A DNA stretch of 64,000 bases, from positions 192,001 to 256,000 of the forward strand of contig CAVQBK010000003.1 of assembly GCA_963710755.1 (NCBI GenBank), in the 5' to 3' direction. Position numbers and translations under genes: made by a program. Source of the stretch: an uncultured bacterium (lineage in GTDB: Bacteria; Oederibacteriota; JAAXVQ01; JAUVAV01). The notes under the pieces were generated by a model. That model was not told where the DNA came from, made no database searches, and saw only the letters and a program-made list of their open reading frames with translations. Of this stretch, positions 9,344 to 18,293 are shown in pieces. How positions within the stretch are numbered: the stretch's first letter is position 1; the number at the start of each line of letters is the position of its first letter.

Positions 9344-12300
9344 TTAACTTTCGATCTGCATCAGTTTATACTTCTGCAGCAGCCGCACGGTCAAATCGCG
9401 ACAGCGGCTGTCAAAGATCACGGCATTGCCGAATTTGAGATTGTATTTTTTCGGGCCCAAGGGCAGCAGGCAATTGGTGGACTGGTTGCCCATGGTGGTG
9501 TTCATCATGGCCGTGGAAAAGAGCGAGTACCCTTTTTGGGGAATGCCCTGGGTCAGTCCGTCCTGGAAGCGGTTGTCGGTGGCCCGCACCGTGAAGGCCA
9601 CCAGCATGGTGTTGTTGCCGGCAATGTCCATTTCCGTAACAGCGCCGACCTGGCCACCTGTGGCCAGATTGAATTTGAGCACAGAAGCGATCTCGGACTG
9701 GTTGTTGGCAAAGGAGATGTCGTCGAGGGAGATCAGGGTCTGCGAACTGAGCAGTACACTCATGGCCGGGCCACGCAAATCCAGGGTGGTGCGGTTGTCA
9801 TTGAAAAGAATCTGTCCGCTGGGCAGGTAAAAGAGGGACACCAGATTGAACCCGGAAAAATCCATACCTTCGGTCATGCTGGTGCCGCTCACATCAGGCG
9901 TGGTGTTGGCATTGACATCCTTTTGGTTATAAAGATCCAGCTTTTTGTTGGTCACGCCCATCTTGGCCAATTGGGCAAAGGACTGCAGCAGTAGCAAGGG
10001 AAAGATATCCTTGGCAATGCCCAGGTTGATGATGATGACCGTGGCACCGATCAGGGCAATGGCATCATAGTCGAGTTTCTGCAGGCTGGAGAGCACATTG
10101 ACCGTGCCCTGGCTGGTGAAATGGTTGTTGGCCACCGACACCGGTCCCATGGCCATGAGCACCAGCGCCTGGCCCAGGGGCTGCACGATTACATTGTCAT
10201 GAATCTTGGCGGCCGGCACACTGTCTTGGAACATAATGGGCTGGTCGTTGGTAAAGAGTCCGGCCAAATCATCCATGATTTTAGCCAGGCTCAGCAGAAT
10301 CACCACCCCGCCGCGCCAGCCCTTGGCCGCGCCTTCATCCACCAGAGACACGCGGGGCCCATTGTCCTTGATCATATTGTTGGAGATCTCCACTTTTTCG
10401 GCTTGTCCCATCCAGATACCGCAGAGAGCCTGCAGATGACTCCGGCCATTGGCTTCAATAATATTTTCCCGAATGGTAATGTTCTCGCCGTCCGCCAGGG
10501 CAATGCCCCCATACGCCATATGCCTGTCCACGCTGGTCGTGCCGGCCGCATTACTGCCGGCCTGCGGCAGCTGGCGGCAGCATTGGGTGATGCGGTTGCC
10601 CATCACCTCCATCCCTTTAACCCCCAGCAGCAGGTTCAGTTTATCCAGGTTAAAAAAGGTAGACGTGCTGATACCGCTTAGGCCCATTTGTTCAATGCGG
10701 TTGTTGGCAATGGAAAGATCGTAGATGAAACCGTTCAATTTTTGGCGGAACAGCTTGAGCGTCTCAGCGTTCATGTCATGAATATAGCTGGGATTGTGCT
10801 CCATGCCCTGGGCTGTGGGCAAATGACCCAGGCTGATGCCATGGCCTGCGCCGCCAAGGATCCGGTTCTGGCGGATATAAAGTTGTTCCGACGTGGAGCC
10901 CACCTGGATGCCGCCAACCGCACTGTATTGATACTCCACCGCCACCACCATGGTCAGGCTGTAAAGGTAATCCACAAAGCCCACCACCATCACGTCACCG
11001 GTGTACAACTCATTGGGATCCGTGCATTCATTGATAAACCCGCTGCCTTCGGGCGTGGCCGGGGTGCCGTTGTCCGCAGGCTCCGGCGGCTGCTGCGCCG
11101 GCACCACGGTAATGGTGTTTTCCACCAGGCAGCTGTCTTCCGCCAGGATGAACACCACCGTGCCTGCTGCTTTTTTATCGGGCACAGCCAGAAAATTGTC
11201 GCTGATCTCAATTTTACGGCCACCCTCAATCTCCAGGGCATGGTCAAGACCCACGATGCGGTTTTCCCTGATCTTGATATGTTCCAGCGGTTGCTCGCCT
11301 TTGCTGCTCTCGCTGAGGCGCACAGCCGTGGCGCTCATGGAGACAATGGTAAGATGATCAATTTCAATATCCTGGCAGTCGATAAGGTCAAAATTGGGCA
11401 CGCCTTTCATATCGGGCAGGCAGGTCACAATCGTCTGGCGGCCACAGCCGGTAATGCGCAGTTTGTGGCGCTGATCAATGGTAGTGTGAATGCGGTGCAC
11501 CCCCGGCAGCAGACATAATTGCCCACCGTCTTCAGGAAGCTGGCGCAAGGCTTCATCAAAGTCATTAAAGTCTCCCTGTGAGCGCTCGCCGTCACCGATG
11601 GTATAGGTGCAACATATTTTTTGATTGGTCAAAGGCCGGAAGACGCGGCGGCAGTCGTCAATCTCCGCGGCTTCGCTGGTGGCGGTCAAGGAGGCATTCC
11701 AATGCACAATAGCCAGCGGTGCCCGGCGCCGCACCGGACCTTGAGGAATCTGATCGGCCAGCAGGGAATCAGTGCTGGCTTTCTGGCCGGCGCGCACGGT
11801 GAATTGCCAATAATCGCCGGGCCGGTAGGTGTTGCTGCTCTCACTGTCAAAGCCCAGGCGGATGCCGTCCTGCAATTCCTTTTCCAGGGTGGTGCCGCTC
11901 GGCTTTTTATAATCTTCGATCAGCTCCAAGCCGTCCCACAAACGGAAAAAGACATTGGTCTGTGCAGGTGCGCGCAGGGTATAGAATTCCTGTCCCAGTT
12001 CGAGCACATTGCCGTTCAGTACGGCATTGGCGCCAAAAATAATCTCCCAATGCCCGGCCGTCTCATTGTACTCCACCATCTCCAGGTAAAACTGTTTGCG
12101 CAGCAAAGAAGTGATGGCCGTCAGGTTGGCCGTGAGGGTGATGGTCTTGCTTAAGGGATCCGTAGCATCATAATCGCCGCGGCCCACCAGGCCGCCGTTT
12201 AAAGAAGACCATTTAAAACGCATGCCTGATGCAGGCACGTCGAGGTGCGCGATCTCAATGCGGTAGAGGTTGTGCTCAAAGCCCGTATACCCCCCGGCGG

Positions 12301-12934
12301 TGACCACCGGGCATTCTTCACCACTGCTGGCCGATGGGGTCAGGGTGACTTCCAATTTGCCCAGGCCGCTGGTGTCATCCTTGAGTTTGCCGGCCAGGTT
12401 CCAGCATTGATCGCCGTCGCTGAGGCGGAACAATTTAAAGGCCGAAGCCGTGGCCAGCCGCTCCGTGGTATCAGGCCCGCCCAAAGCCGGTTCGATCAAT
12501 TGGTCCGGTAGTTGGAACCCATTGAGCGCTTCCTGCCATACTTCCAGCACCACCGCATCGCGGGTGGTGCCGGCCACAATACTGCCGGCATCGCCGCTGC
12601 TGCTGTCCAGATAGTCCGCATGCCTTGTCTGCGGACCGTCGCCTTCCAGATAGACCAGGCGGCCGTCAAGCCAGCAATGGCCGGGTTCCACCTGCAGCTG
12701 TATCGTCGCTCCCGTGGCATCGGCCTGCACCACTTTGAATCCATCCGGTCCGGCTGCAGGCACGGCCGCCACGCCGCTTCCAATCAGATCCTGGCCTGCG
12801 GTCACATGCCAGTGATCGGTCAACTGCACCCGGTCATTCCAATCGCTGTCAAGCAGCACCTTGCCCTGCTGGTGCAGTACGTCATTGAAATTACGGTCCG
12901 GTTGCAGCGTCCATTTTGAAAAGTCACCCTTCAT
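9344..12934 (-). CDS. DUF6519-like protein with right-handed beta-helix (tail fibre/spike-like)
   Basis: N-terminal MKGDFS...QQGKVLLDSDWN, ALGGPDTTER and GYTGFEHNLYRIEI motifs; many parallel beta-helix repeats (IxxNxI). Confidence 0.8.
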   Translation of the reverse strand: MKGDFSKWTLQPDRNFNDVLHQQGKVLLDSDWNDRVQLTDHWHVTAGQDLIGSGVAAVPAAGPDGFKVVQADATGATIQLQVEPGHCWLDGRLVYLEGDGPQTRHADYLDSSSGDAGSIVAGTTRDAVVLEVWQEALNGFQLPDQLIEPALGGPDTTERLATASAFKLFRLSDGDQCWNLAGKLKDDTSGLGKLEVTLTPSASSGEECPVVTAGGYTGFEHNLYRIEIAHLDVPASGMRFKWSSLNGGLVGRGDYDATDPLSKTITLTANLTAITSLLRKQFYLEMVEYNETAGHWEIIFGANAVLNGNVLELGQEFYTLRAPAQTNVFFRLWDGLELIEDYKKPSGTTLEKELQDGIRLGFDSESSNTYRPGDYWQFTVRAGQKASTDSLLADQIPQGPVRRRAPLAIVHWNASLTATSEAAEIDDCRRVFRPLTNQKICCTYTIGDGERSQGDFNDFDEALRQLPEDGGQLCLLPGVHRIHTTIDQRHKLRITGCGRQTIVTCLPDMKGVPNFDLIDCQDIEIDHLTIVSMSATAVRLSESSKGEQPLEHIKIRENRIVGLDHALEIEGGRKIEISDNFLAVPDKKAAGTVVFILAEDSCLVENTITVVPAQQPPEPADNGTPATPEGSGFINECTDPNELYTGDVMVVGFVDYLYSLTMVVAVEYQYSAVGGIQVGSTSEQLYIRQNRILGGAGHGISLGHLPTAQGMEHNPSYIHDMNAETLKLFRQKLNGFIYDLSIANNRIEQMGLSGISTSTFFNLDKLNLLLGVKGMEVMGNRITQCCRQLPQAGSNAAGTTSVDRHMAYGGIALADGENITIRENIIEANGRSHLQALCGIWMGQAEKVEISNNMIKDNGPRVSLVDEGAAKGWRGGVVILLSLAKIMDDLAGLFTNDQPIMFQDSVPAAKIHDNVIVQPLGQALVLMAMGPVSVANNHFTSQGTVNVLSSLQKLDYDAIALIGATVIIINLGIAKDIFPLLLLQSFAQLAKMGVTNKKLDLYNQKDVNANTTPDVSGTSMTEGMDFSGFNLVSLFYLPSGQILFNDNRTTLDLRGPAMSVLLSSQTLISLDDISFANNQSEIASVLKFNLATGGQVGAVTEMDIAGNNTMLVAFTVRATDNRFQDGLTQGIPQKGYSLFSTAMMNTTMGNQSTNCLLPLGPKKYNLKFGNAVIFDSRCRDLTVRLLQKYKLMQIES

Positions 12935-13066
12935 GGCTTTTCTCCTTCACTAAAAGATTTTAGTCTTCGTTGCGATGATCATCATTGTCTTCAACCGGCA
13001 AAGCCGGCATTCGCTCCCATGGTTACTGCAGGGTACAGGCCTGCAGCGAGGTTTTTACAATGCTGC

Positions 13067-15427
13067 TTACGTTACCGGTATCAGCAGCGGCCTGATGCCC
13101 ACGGGCATGAATTCACGGTACCGTATGGTCAGGTTGCGCCACTTGTGCGCTTCCAGCATAAAATTAAAAGCGCCCATCACCTCTTCCTGCGGACCCTGTT
13201 CCCGGATGGCATAGCTTGTGGCCAAGGTCAATTGGCCATAGCCCGGCTGATTGACCGCCAAGCTGGTAAAACTCAGATCCGCTTCGTCACCAAATACGCA
13301 GGCATGGTGCTGGGGCAGACGATTGCCCTGGGCTGGAAAATAACTGAACTTGATGCACCCGGTCTGATTGTGGAATACCAGCAGCGGCTGAACCCAAATC
13401 CCGCCGCGGCCACTGCAGGTTTGTACGCGCACACTCCCCAAAAAAGTGGCATTAGAGAGCTGCATCGGCGGTCCCCAGCCCTCCACCGGTTTGGTGGCTC
13501 CTGTGATTGCAAAATCCTGGGCCGTGCCTGCAAGTTTGTCCTGAGGGCCTTTGCCTCCGTCAATGAGGCTGTCGGTGAGCATGAGCTCATAGTCCTGGTC
13601 GATCTGCAGCACCCCGGCAAGGCTGCGGCTTAGCACAATCTGGGGCACTTCGGTGAAATATTGTTTTTCAACATTGTTGAAGCCCTGGCCGGTTTTTAAT
13701 TTCATGGCCTTGATCCCGCCAACTTTGGTGTGGTCCGCCAACAGCTGACCGCCAGGATCAAGGGTGGTGCCCACCACTTCCAGGCGGTTGAGGGCTGCGC
13801 GGGCAATCAAAGGCTGGTTGGCCGGGAAGCCCGGCCCCTTGGTGATCCACAAGCCTTCGAGGCGCACATTGAGCACTTTCATCAGGCTGTGGTAATAAGC
13901 CTGCTCGGTTTCAAAGGCTTCCGAGCCCGCGGGCTGCAGGCTCATCACATAGGTGGGCTTGAAGCGCAAGGGCTGGGCCAGCCGGATGATGGGCCGCTCG
14001 CCGCTGGCCGCCCTGATGGTCAGGCTGTGCTTAAGCTGCAGATTGACGCCGCCGTCTTCCACCACCGTGCCTGCCAGTCCGGTCAGGTCCAGGTCATGGA
14101 CCATGGAATCCTTGATCTCGATGATGATGGGATCGGATGCATCCTCGATATTTTCCAGAGCCTGCTGCAGGCCCAGGGGATTGTCATGATAATTCACGCT
14201 TACGGTTTCCGTGACGGCCGGTCTGGTCACCGGATGACTGCCCACCGGTCCGACCGCGCCGTACGTATAGGAGAGCAGTAGATGATCCTGCAATGCCGTG
14301 ACCTCGTCGCTGGCAAGCACGGGCAGGATGATGCGTCCCAGCTTGGGATCAAGGGCCATTTCATAGGGCGCAAGATATTTGGGCAACCCGTTTTCCCAGC
14401 AGCGCAGGTCGGCACCATAAAATCGCCATTGGTCCAAAGAGGCAAAAGGCGCGTTGGGCAGATGGAGCTGCAACCCGATGTCCTCCTGGAAGAGACTGTC
14501 ACGGGTCCAGTCACTGGGATCATAGGTCTCGAGGTGCACATAGGCTTCAGGATGGCCTGCCGGCGAGCCGCTGGTCAAACGGCTGGGGTGAATGGGACCG
14601 GGCATATCATCCACGGCGGTCACTTTCATGGCATAGGCTTCGGGATCATAACGGTGGGCCTGGAACAAGGTTACAGGCAGGGCCAGGGGATCCACATGAA
14701 AGCAAAGGCCGGTCACCGCCAGGGAGGCGCTGGTCACAGGGTCCACATAGTTGTAGGTATACTCGTGGTCAAAACTGGGTTTGCTAATGGCCACGGTAAA
14801 ATCCACCAGACGCCACAAGGCAATGGCCAGGTTGGGAATATTGTAGCGCCATTGTCCCAGGCCGGCTTTCTTCACATCGGGCGCATGGGCATAAGGATCA
14901 AAAGGTGTGCTGAGCAGGGAGATCAGCGCCGGGTCCTTGATGGCCATGGTGCCCCCGAAAGGGGTGATGGCCCGGTCGGCCTCAGCCACCTGCGGGCTGT
15001 AAGGCGCTAGGCCGCCTTGATCGGGCCGCTGATGATTGAGGTGCTGCATCCAGCTTAGATTTCGAAACAGTTCCATGGCGTGCACGCCCCATTGAGTCAG
15101 GTCATAGGTAAGGCGCTCAATGGCACCCAAGGTGCCTTTGCGGCGGCGCAGCACAATGGTGTCGGCCACATCGGCCCGCAAGGTCCAGGGATCACCCTGC
15201 AACGCCGAGGTGCCCAGCAGGTCGCCAATATAGGGCACCACCCAGTCATCGCAGGTCTCAATGAAAAAATTGTGATAGAGCCCGAGGATGTTGTCGCGCA
15301 CATTGGCGAACACCTGCTCCTCCACCAGGTCCACCAGGGCCTTGAGCGGATAAGGCGGTATCTGCTCCGCATCCTTGATGCGGTAGATCTCAGGCAGTCG
15401 GTCGTATAAACTTTTACGCTGCGCCAT
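13067..15427 (-). CDS. eCIS baseplate wedge/phage tail protein (P2 gpI/gp7-like N-terminus)
   Basis: LYDRLPEIYRIKD...FIETCDDWVVPYIGDLLG...RRRKGT; C-terminal EFMPVG. Start taken at ATG 15427. Confidence 0.8.
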   Translation of the reverse strand: MAQRKSLYDRLPEIYRIKDAEQIPPYPLKALVDLVEEQVFANVRDNILGLYHNFFIETCDDWVVPYIGDLLGTSALQGDPWTLRADVADTIVLRRRKGTLGAIERLTYDLTQWGVHAMELFRNLSWMQHLNHQRPDQGGLAPYSPQVAEADRAITPFGGTMAIKDPALISLLSTPFDPYAHAPDVKKAGLGQWRYNIPNLAIALWRLVDFTVAISKPSFDHEYTYNYVDPVTSASLAVTGLCFHVDPLALPVTLFQAHRYDPEAYAMKVTAVDDMPGPIHPSRLTSGSPAGHPEAYVHLETYDPSDWTRDSLFQEDIGLQLHLPNAPFASLDQWRFYGADLRCWENGLPKYLAPYEMALDPKLGRIILPVLASDEVTALQDHLLLSYTYGAVGPVGSHPVTRPAVTETVSVNYHDNPLGLQQALENIEDASDPIIIEIKDSMVHDLDLTGLAGTVVEDGGVNLQLKHSLTIRAASGERPIIRLAQPLRFKPTYVMSLQPAGSEAFETEQAYYHSLMKVLNVRLEGLWITKGPGFPANQPLIARAALNRLEVVGTTLDPGGQLLADHTKVGGIKAMKLKTGQGFNNVEKQYFTEVPQIVLSRSLAGVLQIDQDYELMLTDSLIDGGKGPQDKLAGTAQDFAITGATKPVEGWGPPMQLSNATFLGSVRVQTCSGRGGIWVQPLLVFHNQTGCIKFSYFPAQGNRLPQHHACVFGDEADLSFTSLAVNQPGYGQLTLATSYAIREQGPQEEVMGAFNFMLEAHKWRNLTIRYREFMPVGIRPLLIPVT

Positions 15428-15470
15428 GGCTACACCTTCTTGATTCAGTGTCCTGTTGCAAGGCCATGCA

Positions 15471-15492
15471 GTGGGCAGGCATGCCTGCCCAC
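15471..15492. repeat. REP-like perfect palindrome
   Basis: GTGGGCAGGCATGCCTGCCCAC; shares its CAGGCATGCCTG core with the palindrome at 30284-30309. Confidence 0.6.
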
Positions 15493-15519
15493 TGCCCAAG
15501 CAACCATCTAAATAAACGC

Positions 15520-15638
15520 TATCCGCAGATAACGCAGATTAAAACCAAAATTTCCGGGACGAGCTGCGCTCACAAAAAATAATTCAGATCTAAACTTATG
15601 CTGTTTTTAATCTGCGTCTTCTGCGAAATCTGCGGATA
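15520..15638. repeat. Inverted-repeat (REP/REPIN-like) element
   Basis: ATCCGCAGATAACGCAGATTAAAA ... TTTTAATCTGCGTCTTCTGCGAAATCTGCGGAT; intergenic. Confidence 0.6.
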
Positions 15639-15668
15639 AATTTTAACCACTCCATGGTCATTTTCTTT

Positions 15669-18293
15669 TTACCCCTGCTCCACAAACTGCAATTTTAAAT
15701 GATCCGTATACAGCGCCAGCACGTCATGCTCGGGCGCAGGGATCACTTCCTGCACATAGGTAATGCTGTCAATCCAATCATCATTTTCCGGCCACACCGG
15801 CCAGTAAAACATGGTATGGAAGGATTTCAATTCCACCTGCACCACGGGCTTGACATCCTGAATCGCGGCCAGCACATTGTTGGCATAGCCATCCTGGCCA
15901 AAACTGCGGGCCTTGAGCCCAAAAAGACCTTGGGGGTTGTCAATACCATTGTCTTCCTCGCCGGTCACGCCCAGGGCGGCTTTGATCTCAGCGCTCACCT
16001 TGTTCTGATTGGCACCCTTGGGTATGGTCACCACGGCATGAAGACGTACGTATTGCAGCCAGCCGGGTTCGACTTTCAGGGGATAGCGGTTGAGGCCGCG
16101 CTGCTGGTTGTAAGTATCCGCCAGGCTGCGCACATCGGCCAGCTTGTCATAGGCATTGCCTTCCAGCAGCACCCAGAGTTTGATGAGGGCCACATTGTTT
16201 TCCAAGGCCCAGGCTGCCCTGACCTTAAGCACGCCGGAGATGGAGAGCATTTCCACCTCATAATCCCTGAGCGAGACCATGCGCCCCAACGTCTGCAGCT
16301 TGCCCGGTGCGCTCTCCTTGGCCAGGCCGCCCTCTTCAGCCTGGCTGCCCAATTGGGCTGATCCGGCCATATAAATTTTATCCAGGCCTTTGAGGCTGGT
16401 GCCGGCCTTGGGCTTGGCGCCTTCCTGCTTGTCGCCCCAGGCACCCACGCCCTGGCGATAGATGGCCTTGACGTTTTTCACGCCCGAGGACAGGCGTGCA
16501 CCGGTAAGGCCGTCACCAAACTGCACAAAGCTTGTGCCTGATTCATCCTCGCGGGTGATAAAGACCTTGTCCTTGGGCCCATAGTTAAACAATGAAGGTA
16601 CCCAGGTCCAGGGCTCGTCATCCACAGTCACCGTCATGGGGGGGACTTCCGGCGGCGTGGCACTGGCATCGAGTAAATAGGTCAGCGGTGATTTGGGAAT
16701 TTTAAACGTTTGAAAGCTCTGGCGGGCATCACCATTGCCCAGGGCCACTTCCGCCAGGGTCTTGCCCTGGTCGGCTTCCACCAGATTGGCGCAGACGCTG
16801 TAGTAGGGCTTGTCATGTTCAAAATCAGAAAGGCCCACCGTGGTGGTCAGCTTCACTTTCCAGCCGTCGGCATGTTCGGAAAAGCGGGTGCTATCCTGCT
16901 CGACCGAGCTCACGCTCAGCGTCAGCTGTTCGTCCTCTTCCGTGGTGAGCAGCAAGGCCCGCTTGGCCAGCAGCAGGGCATTCTCTTCCTGGCCGTAGAA
17001 AATCAACTTGTCGCCCGTGCTGCCTGCAACGTTTTGTGGTACAGCCTTAATGGTCAGCGCCTGACCGAGCACTTCGTGAAACTGCATCTCCCTGATATCC
17101 ATGGCCCGGTAATAGGGATAGCTGCCGGTGGTATGGTCATCAGCGTCCGATAGTTTTTTATCCAAGGTCATCATGGTCACCGCAGCGGTAAGCGCTCCCC
17201 AGGTAACACTGGCTTTCTCGAGGGCCACGATGGTGCGCAGCTCATATTTAACGCCCGTCCAATCATGAGTATCCGCGGGCGTGTACTGATAATGATAATG
17301 GCCAAAGGGTTGCTGACAGACCACTTGGGTGCCGGCCGTGAGATCGCTCACTTGCTGATCCAGCGGAAAATGCAGGGCATCCAGGGAAGCCGCCGGGCCG
17401 TTGGTGGTGGTGCGGTTGCAGAGTCGGAAAAAATTCACGTCCGTTTGCTGCGGATTGCCGCTGCCGTCAAGACTCACCTTGGTGGGCGGGCTGTTGTGAC
17501 CGGCATGGTTGAAGGTCCGGCCCAGCTTATAGGCTGTGGCTGTGCCCTGCAGATTAAGCGATTGCAGGGCACCCTGGATTTTAAACACCTGCTTGCCGTG
17601 CAGTTGGCGCACGCTCTCGATCTTGACCATTTCCGGATACTGGAATTGCTGGCCGCCGGCATAGTCGCTTTGCATCACGCCCAGTATGAGCCGGTCGCCG
17701 GCCTTGAACTCCAGGCTAGCCAGCTGGCCGGCCACCTGATCCACATAAAATTCCTGAGTGCTCTTGGTAATAAGGTTGTCCTCCAGAGGCCGGAACAAGT
17801 TAAAGGCACTGAGGCCCGGATAGGCGATGAGGCTCTCTTTGGTTTCAAACTCCGCCACCTCTTTTAATTCTTCCAACTGGATTTTAACGGGAAAGGCTTT
17901 GGGAATGGTGACGGCCTTGCTGCCTGTCACCGCAAAGGCAAAAGACGCCAGGCCCCCCACGCCCGGAGACAGACGGTAACCTGTGAGGCGCACCAATTCG
18001 GCAATGCTGTCGCGCCATTGGGCTGTGCGCAGGAAAGCTTCGTTGGCATAGAGGTCCTGATAGAAGGTGAGGATATCGCCCAAAATGGAAGCGCCTTCCA
18101 AAAGGGCAATGCCCGGATCATCGGGATCGCGGTGCGTCCAGCCGGCCAGCACAGGATCATGATTGAGGCTTTTCATGAGCTGGGCTCTAAAAGCGCTGTA
18201 TTGCCCCAACCGGTAATCTATCTTGTCCAGCCCGGGCCGGTTGAAAATGGTCTTGAGCAACGGTGCGTCCGACTGGCAGTCAAAGGGATTCAT
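15669..18293 (-). CDS. Baseplate J-like assembly protein (Afp11/12-like)
   Basis: NRPGLDKIDYRLG, DDPGIALLE, ANEAFLRTA, VQFGDGLTGARL and RMVSLRDYE motifs. Confidence 0.88.
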   Translation of the reverse strand: MNPFDCQSDAPLLKTIFNRPGLDKIDYRLGQYSAFRAQLMKSLNHDPVLAGWTHRDPDDPGIALLEGASILGDILTFYQDLYANEAFLRTAQWRDSIAELVRLTGYRLSPGVGGLASFAFAVTGSKAVTIPKAFPVKIQLEELKEVAEFETKESLIAYPGLSAFNLFRPLEDNLITKSTQEFYVDQVAGQLASLEFKAGDRLILGVMQSDYAGGQQFQYPEMVKIESVRQLHGKQVFKIQGALQSLNLQGTATAYKLGRTFNHAGHNSPPTKVSLDGSGNPQQTDVNFFRLCNRTTTNGPAASLDALHFPLDQQVSDLTAGTQVVCQQPFGHYHYQYTPADTHDWTGVKYELRTIVALEKASVTWGALTAAVTMMTLDKKLSDADDHTTGSYPYYRAMDIREMQFHEVLGQALTIKAVPQNVAGSTGDKLIFYGQEENALLLAKRALLLTTEEDEQLTLSVSSVEQDSTRFSEHADGWKVKLTTTVGLSDFEHDKPYYSVCANLVEADQGKTLAEVALGNGDARQSFQTFKIPKSPLTYLLDASATPPEVPPMTVTVDDEPWTWVPSLFNYGPKDKVFITREDESGTSFVQFGDGLTGARLSSGVKNVKAIYRQGVGAWGDKQEGAKPKAGTSLKGLDKIYMAGSAQLGSQAEEGGLAKESAPGKLQTLGRMVSLRDYEVEMLSISGVLKVRAAWALENNVALIKLWVLLEGNAYDKLADVRSLADTYNQQRGLNRYPLKVEPGWLQYVRLHAVVTIPKGANQNKVSAEIKAALGVTGEEDNGIDNPQGLFGLKARSFGQDGYANNVLAAIQDVKPVVQVELKSFHTMFYWPVWPENDDWIDSITYVQEVIPAPEHDVLALYTDHLKLQFVEQG